Of a stretch of DNA of 64,000 nt, positions 27,580 through 43,464 are shown piece after piece. Location: NCBI RefSeq assembly GCF_009914755.1, contig NC_060936.1, one strand, 5' to 3'. The stretch is from the human T2T-CHM13v2.0 reference genome, Homo sapiens. Position 1 is the first letter of the stretch. The number at the start of each line of letters is the position of its first letter. The notes beneath the pieces are model-generated. The model worked only from the letters and a program-made list of their open reading frames with translations, did no database searches and was not told where the DNA came from. The translations under genes and the position numbers were made by a program.

Positions 27580-27850
27580 TGTACCTCCAGGCAACACAGC
27601 ATAGTGAAAAGTGTTGAAGGCAAAAAGTCCTACAGTTCTAGCTTCTTTGCCACTTAAAAATGAGTGACCTTACGCTTTCACTTTGCATCTGCATGACTTA
27701 TCTGTCAATTTGTGGGAATCGCGACAGACTCAGAAAATTGCATATTTCATAGCATTACGGTGAAGAATAATCGAGATTATATATATGAAAATAACCTCAT
27801 AACCTGGTTGGTACAAGCAAAGTCCTCAATACAGATTAGTTTCCATCCTT
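27580..27850 (+). mobile_element. MIR
   Basis: agcatagtgaaaag...gccactta...gtgacctt... Confidence 0.6.
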
Positions 27851-28724
27851 CCTGCCACAGTGTCTTGCAAGGAATAAGCACTCCCACACTGTAGCATTAT
27901 GTTCCCTTCCAACCCATTTAAGACAAAAAAAAAAAAAAAAAAACAAGTACTATTCCGTGCTATACAACAGATAAAAGTTGTCACTCCCAGTCCAGGAGCT
28001 AAGATGTGTCACAGAAGACATTACATACTGTGAAATAACAGATCAGAAAATACACCTTGCTTATTTTAGGATACAAGTGCATGGCACACTAGAAGAACTC
28101 AGGAAAAAAAAAAAAAAAGTCTGCCAAATTGGTGATTCTATATCATCAATCTAAAAAAACTATCACTCATGGAAAAAAGACATAAAGTATAGGTTTAAGA
28201 ATAAAATATTTTCAATCAAAAACTCCTTTCTCATGTTTAAAAAATGACATTACTACTTTAAAATAAAAACTTCAATGGCTAAATATAACTTGACCAGGTA
28301 TGGCACTGTAGGTTTTCTTCAAATGAAACTATCACATGTATCAATATATATAAAACCATTACAGACAGAGACAAACTCAAGAAACTATGTTGCAGTGATC
28401 CAGAGACAAAGGTAAGGACATAGATAGGACTTACTGTATTTTAATAAGGCACAGGACTGTCTTATTTTAAGATGACAGTATATAAATCAATAAAACGGGC
28501 ACTTTATAGCATAAGAAAAATGTGTTATAATGAAAAATAATTATACATTTTTGTTTTATAGTTCTATTAAACTTGTCTCCTTTCCTTGCAACAGTGGTAA
28601 AAGCATTTCAATCCGAGATGTTTAACATACTGCAATTCCTTTCCTCAACTGCCTTACAGAGCATGCATTTGCTGGATAACAAAACGAGAAATTCACATAA
28701 GTTGCCTTAATTTATAAGGAATCA

Positions 28725-29112
<388 letters not shown>

Positions 29113-29778
29113 ACTCAAAAACTTAACCCCAAATTTTCAGGCAAAAGTTAACAGAAGTACTACACATTTTAAAAGGCAGTAACCGAAAGAGACGAAGGTT
29201 TCTTAGTGACTAAGCAGAGAAAGTACCAGTCACAACTGTAGAAATTAGAAGCCGTCACATAAGATGCAAGGCTTCTTTTGGATAGATAAAATGAACAAAT
29301 TAAAAGAAATTCAATTTAACTGCCCAAGGGTAAATGATAATTCTAAGACACAAACACCTGAAAGAGTAATAGGTAGAGAGACACTGATTCATTTAAATGA
29401 TCAAAACTATCCATTTTCTATGTAAAAGCTAGAGCTACATCTAAAAAGAATTAGATACAATATTTACAAACTCGTTTTTGTTTTGTTTTTTTTTTTTTAC
29501 TGGGAAAAACAAAAAAGGTTTGGCTAAAGGAACCTAAGGTCAAAGCATATCTGACTATTCGATTTTGCTAACAGATAGGCCCCATAATGACTAAGTTTCT
29601 CCAATCCAGATTTTGGTTAAAATATTGATGCCTATGGGATAACTCTATGGGATAGTTGTTACTAGCTGCCAACACCTATCTGAACAGATTACAAATTTAG
29701 CTTCTAGAGTTGTCTAAGTGAATGTCAGTCTATCATGTAAGATAAAATACATGTGTAAACTTGCATGTATGAAAACCC

Positions 29779-30077
29779 AGCCAGGCACAGTGGTTCACGC
29801 CTGTTATCCCAACATTTTGGGAGGCCACCACAGAGGGAAGATCACTTAAGCCCAGGAGTTGGAGACCAGCCTGGGCAACATAGCACAGTGGGACCTGATC
29901 TCTATAGAAAACTAAAAATTAGGCGGGAGCAGCGATGCGAGCCTGCAGTCTCAGATGGCTGAGGCAGGAGGATCACTTGAGCCCAGGAGTTAGAGACTGC
30001 AGTAAACCATGATCACACCACTGCACTCCAGCCTGAGCAACAGAATGAGATCTTGTCTCCAAAAAAAGAAAAGAAAA
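29779..30077 (+). mobile_element. AluJ
   Basis: Dimer with A-rich tail. Confidence 0.92.
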
Positions 30078-30269
30078 TACATAAATATATTCACACACAA
30101 AGATGTTAGCTGCTGTCTCTGCCAAAAAATAATTTAAGAAAAAAAAGAGTATTAAGACTCCATAGAGTTTATATAATTTACCCCAAGAAAACCAGCACCT
30201 TCCCGCCAAAAGTGTTAAGATTTATCTCAAGCAAGATTTGGGTCATGACTAAATTCCATTTGAAATAAT

Positions 30270-31720
30270 TTCAATACATATTAACAAATATTTCCTGAGT
30301 CCCCTATTATGTGAGGTTTTTATAAAGGTATAATCACTCCACAGGGGAAACATACCCACACCCCCTTCCCTGACCCTAAAAACATTCTTAAAAAGCTTAA
30401 TTCTGACGAAAAAAGAATATTGTAGGTAGAGGTAACAACAAAAACTAAGACACTGAAGTATCTGAATATGCAACAAAGAGAAAAATTTAAACGGCATGCT
30501 GAGAAGTTTCTACTTTTCTAAATAAAATGGAGTTCAGTTTCTGAACCCAGGAATATTGAGACCTTAACTTTTAAGAAACATTAACTCTTCAGGTTACCTG
30601 AAAGATGCAGATTAGAGACAGAAAAGGCTAAAAACAAGGAGACAAGTCAGGACGTCCTTGATGAGGACCCAGAAAAGCAGGTATGAGAAGGAAACAGAGC
30701 AGCATACTAAACATTAGAGAAGGAGAACTGGCAGAACTTTAAGTAACTACAGTTACAAGTGAAGAAAGAAGGAGGAATTCAAACATGGGTAAATAACTGA
30801 GAAATGATGCCGTTAAACCTTGACAGGAAACACAGTAATGCATAATAATAATAGGAGGGTCATTAATAAATGCAGATGATTAACAAAATCATGTCAAATA
30901 TGAGATGGTGAAAAATTCATATGGAAGAGTCCAACATAATATCGAAAATATCAGAATGGAGCTCAAGAAAACAGTCTGGCTAGAGATGGTATCAAAAGTC
31001 TCGATCCCAGACAGGCAACCAGGGAAGCTATGGGAGTGGAAGAGACCACTGAAAAATCAAGTGGAGTGAGAGGAGAAAAAAAGTGGATCAGGAATAAAAC
31101 TGGATAAGGACTCACTACCTGTGTAACAGAAAGAAAGCTAGACTACCTGGAAAGGAATCCCAGATCTACCACTTAACCTGTGTGAACTTGGACAAGTTCC
31201 TTAAGCTTCTCGTGCTTTGGTTTTTTCACATGTAGAACAGGGATAATAGCAGACCATCCTTTATACTGTTGTTGAATTAAGTCATTTTGTCTTCATGTAA
31301 CCCACATGTAAAACATTATAGAAACTAAGGCTCACATGTAAAGTACATATAACAGTGTCTGACTTACACTAAGGCTCAATAAATATAAGCTCCCATCATC
31401 ATCATCATCATCATCATCAAAAAAGAACAGTAAAAGGCAGAGAAACAGAAGAGTAGCAAAGAAAAAGGGTGAACAACAAGAGGATATGAAGAATGTAAGC
31501 TGAATTTGATGAAGGCTAAGAACTGGCCTTGGACAGGGCCTTTGACTGTAGTCTCAGTAGGTTAGCAAGGAAAAAAGTGAGATTGCCAAGGGTTGAGGAT
31601 AAGCAGAGGCAACAACAAAAGTTATCTCTGGAGAATTTTGAAAACCAAATGGAAACATGATAGAGCCTTAAGGAGCAAAGGCAAAGAAAAAAATTCAGCT
31701 GAAGGACCAAAATGGTATGG
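30270..31720 (-). mobile_element. Fragmented L2 with an embedded MIR (about 31120-31395) and a (CAT)8 microsatellite (about 31395-31418)
   Basis: aacaaatatttcctgagtcccctattatgtg L2 end; purine-rich L2 body; MIR core gtgaacttggacaagttccttaagcttctc. Confidence 0.55.
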
Positions 31721-32029
31721 ATCAAGAGAAAGAAGCCAGTGGGCCAGGAAAATAGAAAACAGATGAAACAAAGACATGAAGGAATTGAGAAAAAGCAAGG
31801 GGGAGGAAGGGGAGGCAACCAGTTAACTCAATGGCTCTGACCTGTGGTACATATGCAGAATCGAGAACTCAGCCAAAAAAAAAAAAAAAAAAAAGGTAAA
31901 TTTCTTGAATTTGTTTATGTGCCTGGAGTATAAGATAGCCATTCCATATACACTCCCTCATCCTCAAATTCTTAAATACTGCAATAACTTGGTTAAATTA
32001 GCTTCTATTGCATTTTTGTTAATTGGGTA

Positions 32030-32320
32030 AATTTTTATCTAAGTATCCAAAAACACACATACAAAAAAGTACAGGTATGTTAAGGGTACAGTTCAATTAA
32101 TTTTCACAAAGTGAACACACCTGTGTAATGAGTACCCCCCTCCCCCACTCACCAACACCGAAATCTTGAAACAAAATCAACTTCCTAGAACGCTAAGTCA
32201 CCTCCCTCATGACCCCTCCCCAGGCACTACTCCACAGTAAGCGTATACATGATCCTGACTTCTATTATCGTAAGTTAGTTTTGTCTGTGTCTAAACTTTA
32301 TACAAAAGAAATCAGAATAC
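32030..32320 (-). mobile_element. L1ME 3' fragment
   Basis: ttaagggtacagttcaattaattttcacaaagtgaacacacctgtgtaa. Confidence 0.65.
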
Positions 32321-32857
32321 CACTTGTAAAGAAGCAATCCTCAAGACCATCACAGCAATTCAAAATCTTTCCAAAGCTAGGCATTGAGTCTCTGTCTCAG
32401 AAATATTCTTAGGTAAAAACAAATTTCACATAATTTATGTCCATCTTGACCATTACTCATCTGTGTCTCCCCAATGAAATACTTTTCTCTGTCCCTAAGT
32501 AAACCAAGAAACATCACTTTGCCTTAAATCTCAGTCATTTCACATGAAAGTTTCTCAAATAATAATGCTATTTATATAACTTTAAAATTACACTTTACAT
32601 TGATATTATTTACTTGGTACCTAATCATACTATTCTTAACTGTTTTTAAGATAGGCCTCTTTCATTAATGATTATCTACCTGAATAGCTGTTATTAAAAA
32701 CATACAAAAAGGTAAATCTGACCTATGAGGAAAAAGGTAACACATTAAAAGAGTTCACTGTCATACTCAGAAAAAAGTCAGTGTAAGGAAAAGTATTTAG
32801 TAACAACAATCTTAAATCTGTAATATCAATTCCTTCTTTGGAATTCCCAAGAAACAA

Positions 32858-33162
<305 letters not shown>

Positions 33163-34199
33163 TCCCAGATACAATTGTTAATAGAAGTCACAGAATTTTC
33201 AGCATCAGTTCCATAGATATGTATTATGTATATGATGGTTAGCTATGAGAGTACTCTCTGATACTCAACCAAAGACTGGTAAAAGTATTTTTTATATTGA
33301 AAATTTGCAGAAATCTGTTTGTACTCTTTGGCAAATAATTCCAATTTTTTCATAATTTGGAGGAGCCAGAGTCCTAAGGACTTGCGGAGCAAACTCTTCT
33401 TTGAATTGAACTGCAAAGCTATGTACCAGACAATTCTGAAAATTAAAGTCAATTTTGGAGCTTAGTTCAACTGCATAACTATGAAAAGCTATGCATAATC
33501 ATTTAAAATGAAAAACAGCAATTTCCCTATTCATGTTAAAAGTATCCAACATACAAACAGAAGAACATGAATATATCTTTGTTAGTAGCAAAATGAACAC
33601 TCTAATCCTGTGATACTTCTGCACTGTTCTTACAACCCACTTGCCTTGTCTTCACCTCACAGTAAAGAATTAGGTCTGTCTTTATTTTCCTCCCACTAGC
33701 CTCTTGACAAAGGACAGTGTCTTAATCAACTTAAGCAGTATCCAGCAAATATTGGGAATTACAAAATATTTTTGCTGAATTGAACTGAATATTCATTCGC
33801 TTCTAAAATATTGTGACTGCTTAGAGTCTGCAAGACAGTTTGACATGAGAAATTAATCTAACATCTTTTTAAGCACACTCTGAATATAAAGAATGTATTA
33901 GAGATTATATAGTTACACCGTTAGCAAATCAAAGTGTATTAGAATGAATTTGTGCCATGAATTCATGTTTCCCCTACCCATTTTGAATAGTGTATTCTAA
34001 TTTTCTCCACTGAAGCTGCATTTTGAAAATATATTCACAAATATAACTTCTGTATAAAACAAAAGTAAATAGGAAACAGTGAAAGCAGCATAGTTATTCA
34101 AACTGGAAAGGTACTGAATAACTCTGGTTATACTTTTTAATGAATTAAATCCAAAGTTAAGAACTTCTTACCACAAAATAATTTAAAATTTGACGATTT

Positions 34200-34201
<2 letters not shown>

Positions 34202-34231
<30 letters not shown>
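34202..34231. repeat. (GT)15 microsatellite
   Basis: Direct reading. Confidence 0.98.
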
Positions 34232-34233
<2 letters not shown>

Positions 34234-34303
34234 ACAATTTTTTTAAAGGGGAATATTTTGGTGTCAATAAATACAAGAGATTATCTTTTTCTTCCTTAAT
34301 TTA

Positions 34304-34635
<332 letters not shown>

Positions 34636-35134
34636 TCAAAGTGGTGTCAGATAATGGGGACATTCAGATACCTGAGCAGTGAATAACCTTTTTTTTTTTT
34701 AAAGGTTACAAGAGAAAAGAATAGAAGAAAGAAAAAAAGAGAAGGGAGGAGAACTAAAGAGATGAGGGCAAAGTCTTACATACAACCCTACATGGATGGA
34801 TATGGCCATTCTCCATGGGACAGTGCCTCATTAGATAATTAGTAGTTGTTTGCCCAAATACAATCAGCTATATTCTGAGTCTGTGACCATGTCTATTAAA
34901 AGGAGTGTAAGTAACTACCTGAAAGAACTGTAAAAGATTCCAGTGACATACAAATAACACCAGTAAGATGCTGGTCACGTCTCATAAATGTGAATTTCCT
35001 TTATTTGAGTATCTATACAATCCAAGTGACTTACTTTGTGGTGTTTCGCATTTCAAAATTGTTGCAATTAATTAAGCTACGAGGAAAAGGTGAAAAGATT
35101 TCACCTTTATCACTGTGGCTCGACGACACTGTCT

Positions 35135-35613
35135 TGGTACTGCTGGCATCCAATGGCAGGGGCCAGAGATGACGCTGAACACCCTACAATACACAGGACA
35201 GACAGCTCCACAAACAACATCCAGCCCAAATGTCAATACAGGTTGAGCATTCCAAATACAAAAATCTGAAATCCAAAGTGCTCCAAAACCCAAAACTTTT
35301 TGAGTGCCAACATGATACCACAAGCGAAAAATTCCACATTTGACCTCCTATGACAGGCTGCAGTAGTCAAAACTGTTTCATGCATACAATTATTTAAGAT
35401 GTTGCATAAAATTAACTTCAGGTTGTATGTATAAGGTGTATATGAAACATAAATAAATTTCATGTTTTGACTTGAGTTCCATCCCCAAGACACATCATTA
35501 TGTATATGCAAATATTCCAAAATCTGAAAAAATCCAAAGTCCCAAACACTTCTGGTCCCAAGCGTTTCAAATAGGGGACACTTAACTTGTAGTGCCACAA
35601 TTAAGAAACTCTG
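35135..35613 (+). mobile_element. MER20 3' part split by Tigger4
   Basis: caccctacaatacacaggacag...cccaaatgtcaata | gtgccacaattaagaaactctg. Confidence 0.75.
35239..35589. mobile_element. Tigger4/MER46 (TcMar) MITE
   Basis: TIRs caggttgagcattcc / ggacacttaacttg; TA target duplication. Confidence 0.88.
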
Positions 35614-35867
35614 GCAGAGATGAAGTATCCATGCTCTTAAGTCCCTCCAGATCTACACGAGATCCCGCCCTCCTCAACTACTAAAAGACACAGTGCCTGC
35701 AATTCTAACTGCTCACTACTGCATCTACTTGTCTACAAAAAAGGTAGAATCTTGATTAAGTGGTTTCAGTAGATTTTTATTTAAAGTGATACACAGTAAG
35801 ATATCTAAAGTATCAATTAAATCTAAATGGCTAGTCAAAGTTGTAACAGTTCTTCCTTACTATATAA

Positions 35868-36216
<349 letters not shown>

Positions 36217-36502
36217 CAAAATGAGTTACTTCTTAAACAGAAAACAGTCCCCTCGAAATCTAACCTGTACACATCCTTTATAAATCATCTTTAAAAAAAA
36301 AAAAGTCGGCAATCCAAGTTTTACAAAAGAAACAATTATCATTCAAGTATTTAATCTTCTGTTCAAGAACACACAGGACATCGCCAAACCTAAATTTCCT
36401 TTGCATGCCAGCCAACTGGAATCTGGTACTGGCAAGTTACATAACAGGAATACATAACACTCTTTACTATCATCTCAATTATTTCTTTAAGGTGAATCAA
36501 AG

Positions 36503-36804
<302 letters not shown>

Positions 36805-36979
36805 TGAATCAAAGTTTTAACTAATGATTGTGAGCTGCAACAAAATGGGAGAAACCTTAAGATTACATTTCTTCAAACTATGATTTTGTTTAAAATTGGA
36901 GCACTACAAGAATCTCACAACAAAATTTTCTTTTGATTGCTTGCTTAAACATACTCCAACTTCCAATGCTGAGACCTAA

Positions 36980-38015
36980 AACCATATTGCAAACTGCTGT
37001 TTCCATAGTGAAGTCTGTGGAACTGGAAAACTCCACAGGTCCAACCACCTTTCACTATTCTCCACTTGCCTCATGCCTTCTCCCTTTCAATTCTATTGCC
37101 AGTCATTGTAATCACTCCTGTGCACATGCCCCCACCTTCCTTGACCCTCTCTCATCTAAATCCAACTCACAACCTAATCTATGCCTGAACCTGTGCTGTT
37201 GAATATGGTTAGAAAAAAACCCAAACCCATTCAAACTGGTCTTACTTTAATAACCAAAACTCAAGTGGGCTCTTGACATCGTGCAGAAATCAAATCACAC
37301 TTCCCTAAGCCCTTCCCTTAGCCACTCTCCTCCAAAACTAACCATTTTCTTAGGCATTCCCCACAAATCTCTGACACTTCTCCTATCTTTGGTCTCAACT
37401 GATGACCTTCCTTCCTTTTTCAATGACAGAAACCACTGAAAGAGAAATGCCACATTCCACATCTAACACCTATCAGCCTCTGTACTCCATACTCTCTCTT
37501 TTCTCTTACACTAGAGAAGATATATCCTTGCTGTTACCTGTTGCCAGTGCCCTACACTTCTGTACTGTTTCCCATTTGCTACAGCTTACTGAAGAACACT
37601 GCTCCAGCAATTCTACTCTCTCACTCTCTCTTTCTCTCTGACATGTCAATTTCTCACTCTCCACTGTATCAATACCAACACAAAACAAGTGAAAAAGTAG
37701 AAGGGTGATAAACTTGGAGACCCAAAGAACACAATTTGGAAACTAATGGACTCTAACATATATTACATGTTTACTCTCCCCACCCCAAAATCCTAGCCAC
37801 AATTCAAGGACGCCCTCCCACCTCCCACCTGAAGTTCCTGCAGGACACTTCCAGAGCACTTTGATCACCCTGCTAACACACTGCTCTTCATGTGCTACAC
37901 AAAGGTATGCAGCTTATCTCCCCTCTTGAGATTTTAAGCTACTTGAGGTGAAAGACTGTTTTAGTAACCACACAGCAGACAGGCAGTGAATGTTAATCAA
38001 AAGAAAGAATGAATG
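36980..38015 (+). mobile_element. L2 fragments
   Basis: Pyrimidine-rich L2 ORF2-like text; 3' end gaatgaatg at about 38010. Confidence 0.55.
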
Positions 38016-38801
38016 TATTTTTGCATGTATTTCTTAAGAGTTTACAAATTTGAAAAAAAAATGACCAAAAATTGCTTCGAGAAAAGCTGATTTAAATGTA
38101 CCAAAGCCACATTTTAAAAGGATCAGAGAGAAATTTGAAAACAACGGGAGTCCAGAACTGACAGCAGTTTATAACAACTCCTTACCTGAGTCTAAAATAC
38201 TGGGAAATAAATTCACAGTGGTTAAAGCTACTCTGCAGATTGTATGTGTGCCAAAACTTGAGTTTTACACAAACCATGCTGTGGCCAAATAAACAGTACA
38301 GTTTTCAATTCGAACATCACCTATGAGCAACTTCTTCAGTTCAGTGATGCTCAAATATCAGACTCATCAGCTACACTTTAAAAGGCAAATTTATAACGTC
38401 AATCTGTAAAACTGAGTTAAGGTATGAAAGAGTATTATAAAACATATCAAAGTAAAATGACTAGTATTACCAAGAATGACATCTGGTTTTAAAATATCAA
38501 ATATCAAATTTCTGAATATCTCCTTATAAAATCCTAAACTGACAATTCTTAGCATCTATAAACAAACATGTATTTTGATACTAAGACCATTAAATCAACT
38601 TTGTATCACAAGCAAAACCCCCTTTAAGGTGAAATGTCATTTTTCAAAGACAAATATTTCAACATGCTCACAATATCTGTTTATTTTTAAAATTTCATAG
38701 AATTCAATGAAATTAGGTAGCACTGCATTTTTAGAGGCAAGCAGGGAAAAAATCAACATCAGATTATTTCCCTGAGTCATAAATTCTTGTGTAGAAAAAA
38801 T

Positions 38802-38802
<1 letters not shown>

Positions 38803-38840
<38 letters not shown>
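38803..38840. repeat. (GT)19 microsatellite, read as (CA)n in the host pre-mRNA
   Basis: Direct reading. Confidence 0.98.
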
Positions 38841-38845
<5 letters not shown>

Positions 38846-40650
38846 GAGATTTTAAAAAAATGTGTGTATATATAGATAGTGGCTTCCCTGACAAATAGAT
38901 GACTGTCTTTGAGATAATCAGGTTACAATGAAATTCTGAGGTTTGTACATTACACTTAGTGGAAGCCAGCAAAGCTCCAAATACAGTTTACAAACCACCA
39001 TGCCAACCTCCCTTAAGCCTCATTTAAGAAGGATTACCACCTACAATCTATCCTCACTGTGCCACTGTTTCAGTGGTGAATCCAATGAACTGATTTTAAA
39101 CAAACATGAGGTTTCAACAAATGTACTATTCATTAGCTACAGAGAACACAATGAAGAAGGCTACTTCAGAAAGGCAGAAACCCTCTGGTAAATTTGCCAC
39201 AATCTTTAGTTAAACCTTAAACTTTAGGATAGTTACAATCAATCTACAGTAAATTCAGTGGATGATATTCTATTACAATATTAAATGAAAGCAGAAGTAA
39301 ACTAGCAGTTACACAACATATATAGTATCCAAAATAAAGTTTTTTTAAGTGCATAAATGGAGACTATACTTTCAAGAAATGTGGAGTTTGTACAACAATG
39401 AAGAGAGGGATGTGTTTAGCTAAGTGGCAACTAGACAATGTCTCACTTTGAATCAAATCTGTCACTGAAATGAAGTTTTCCAGGAAACAATAAGAATAAA
39501 AAAACTTTAGGCTTGTTCAAAGAAACATAGCTTAAGAAAAAATTTTGTGGCAAATCCTCAAAATGCCAGTAAGGTAACAATAAATCATTTATCCAACCTA
39601 GAATGTGAACAGTTTACGGAGATGTCAATTATACCAGATCTCTAAGTTGCAGGTTTGAACTACTTTTCTGATGTCAAATATTCACCCCACTAAAATAAAT
39701 TTTAAAAAATCAATAAAAGCCATTATTTTGATTTAAATCACATATCTAAAAACCATTAACTATTTATCACTTGAATTGGCATTCTCAGTTTTACAAGAGA
39801 ACCAAAAGTCATTTCTATTAAAGTTTCAATATAGGTTATGGCTTATTTGACAATCACTACCAAATATTTATGACCTATGCCTGTTGGAAATAGTATTGTG
39901 CATGGTGGTGGAATTTTTCACAAGGATCCAGTGTTTGGGTTTCAAAAGAATACATTTAGAAATATATTCACAGGAAGTGTCTGTGTTAATGAATCATAGA
40001 CATTCTAAGAAAATCCAGGCATCTAAAATGTTTGTTTCATACAGCAACAGACAGCAAACCACATATATTATATCCAAGATGTACACCAAGAAATTTTAAC
40101 AAACATCTTTATTCTCAAAGCGCCTCATTTGATAAAAATTCGTAACTAGTAAAAATCAGGATTTATTTAATCAAGGTTTGAAAGACCACAAAATCTTTAC
40201 TCACCTACAAAGTGGTCAGTAGAAAGCAATATTATTGGATAACCAAAAGAAAACCAAAAAGAAACACCTTTCTTATTTTTAAAAATATATACTAATTAGA
40301 ATACGAATAACAAGACCTACTTGATCACTATAACACAAGTTCATTCTTTTTTTTTTTTAGTCTACATTTCAGAGGAGAGAGGACACGAATTCATTCTTGA
40401 AGTATAATTTCCAACACAAAATTTTACAAGACTCTAAAAGATCTTTGTAAGACTATAACTGCTATTAGGTAATACCTGACGAAAATCAACAGGACTGCTG
40501 ACCATGACATTAACAACATGCAGAATCCAAAATTCCTTAGCATACTACTCAAAGCCCTCGGTAATCTGGTCTCATTTCACCTTATTGATCTATTTCCTGA
40601 TACGGCACATTTAATTTCTTAGAAAAATATCAATTTTTTTCATCACATGC

Positions 40651-40954
<304 letters not shown>

Positions 40955-42159
40955 CATCATATGCTTTTCTTTCTCTATGCTTTTATTCATTCTATTCCCT
41001 TCTCCTGAAACAAATACGCTACCTCTTCGTTTCTGCATTTCATCATATACTTCTTTCAAACCTCATCATTTTGAAATACTACCTCCTCCTCAAAGCCTTC
41101 TCATTTCCCCAAAGCAGCAATAATTGCTGAATTAACATAGCATAGCTATAATTATTGCATAAAACATCATTTTATATATAGCATTTTATTTAGTTGTGTA
41201 TCTTCATGTTTTCTCTATCCTACTTGACTGAGAACCCTGCAAACCGATCACATCTGCTGAATGAAAATAATCAACTGATTGAACGTAAAGTCAGAAGAGA
41301 TTAGACATCAGATTTACAGAAAGAAGCAAAGTTTTCCTACACACACCACTGGGGGAGGGAGGGTGACAAAACACCTGAAGTTCTATACCTGCTTTTTCAT
41401 TCCTGTTTAGGTGCTTTATTACACAGCAAACTTTTTTTTTCCAGGAATAATTTATTTAGATCCAGTAAGTTAGAAGCCTTAAAATATCATATTTAATTGT
41501 CACAGAAATCCTGAGGTAGGCATGTGACACTAAGTCCACTATACAGCCAAGGAAATTAAACCCCAACTGGTTAAGTAACCCATACAACATCTTTACAGTG
41601 AGGAAAGTGCAAAAGCTGGTACTAAAGTCCAAGCTTTGTGATACTTGGTTTACTGCTTTTGTTTCACTACACCACTCTGTCCCTGGACAAGCTGGAGCAA
41701 AAGGTCAAAACCTAAAACACAAAACAGGGTAGACACAGAAACACTGAAGAGCACAGATCCAATAATAACTTTTATAATTTCCTCTAGTTCTAAAAGTCCA
41801 TATTTAATGTACCACTGTTGTTCCTCTCAACAGCAACCTAGAAAATGTGTTCCCAAGTCCACACTTTTCCATTCAAAATTCTTTCTATAACTAATCAAAC
41901 CCATCTTTTCTACTGCTCTCCCAAACAAACCTTCAACTCCAAACAGCTGCTTCCTGCTATGCCGCACACAGCATGTTTATTAATACCCAATGCTTTGTAC
42001 TCAGGCAGCTAGCACTTTCCTACCCACACTTGCCCCCATGTTTTTTGTTTTTGCCGAACTGCCTTAATGACTCCAGCTCACCGATTCCAGGCTATTACCT
42101 ATAAAGTGAAATTTTGCATTTTATCATAGCTATAATGTGGGCTATTTTCTCTATGGAAG

Positions 42160-42400
42160 TCAATACAAAATAGTGGTTAAGACCAAGGACTATGGAGCCA
42201 GAGCCCCTCCTCTCTCACTTACGTGTTCTTTGGTTTGAGAGACTACTTGACCTCTCCATGCTTCAGTTTCCTGTCAATCAGCAGGAAATCATAGTATAGT
42301 CCCTACCTCACAGTAATGATAAAATGAGTTCATACATAAAAAGTGCTTTAAACAAAGCCTGACACACAAATAATGCTCCTATGTCAGTGTCTATCATTGT
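42160..42400 (+). mobile_element. MIR
   Basis: tagtggttaagacc...ctatggagccaga...cctctccatgcttcagtttcct. Confidence 0.75.
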
Positions 42401-43464
42401 CATTTCTTCCAGTATCATGGTTTAATAGATCACCTCAGAACTATAAACTATCCCACAATGCTGGACACATATTGTTTTATGTAGAAGTTATATTTTAGTC
42501 ATATGCTTTTAAGTCTTTCTCTGCAAAAGTTCAATTTATCAGGTTTTCTCTAACATGCTTATTTTATAATGTACAAGAGTATATCCTAAAATTATATTTC
42601 TATAATATAGAAGATATAACTATGCTAATCATAGGGGATGTATAGAAGTGAGTATCTGCTCTATTAAATCTGGAATCTGTACTGATCCAACTGTTCCATT
42701 TAATCAAATACCATGCAAACTATTAAGAGCTCCCTCTGACTTTAACAGCCGATTTCCCAGAGAAAGAGCAACTCGCTACTAAAAGATCTTAATAATACAC
42801 AGGGCCTGGAGAGTACTGCTTTTTTTCTTTTTCTTTTATAAGTTAAAAAAAAAAAAAAAGGCTTTTCCTGTCAACAGAAATCAGTGAAAAGCCTCTTGAA
42901 CACAGCAAGAAGGTAGGGTTGATTTTAGCCACAATGTAAGTCCCTGCAGAATTTCAGAGTGCCAACAACAGTGTCACTTTTCTCACTCATTCATTGGATT
43001 TATTTGTGGTTTTTCAGGACTACGATAATCTGTGCAACATTACTGGCTCCTCACCAGTATTACATTTTACATAACATAATTAACAAATTATTAAAAAAAA
43101 AAATCACTGTCATGTCACAGCTGCTATTATTAATCCTGAAAAGAAATTATAAACATAAAGGAATAAGTTAACTATATTATGGCTAACAAAACCAATTTTA
43201 CATTTCTAAAACCATGTTTTTGAATAGTTTGAGCATAAGTATTCATGTAAAAAAGTACAGGGAAAGAAATCTACACCAAAATTAAAGGATACATTGAAGA
43301 TCCTCAATTTTCAACAACTTACAAAGAATGAAAACAGTCACAGAAACAGATAGTGATCTCAGTTCAAATTTTATATACCCAGCAATATATACAAATGCCA
43401 ACAAGCTAGGTAAAACGGCAAATGAGTCCCTAGCTAGTAAGGGGAAAAGTAATTCACTTACATT

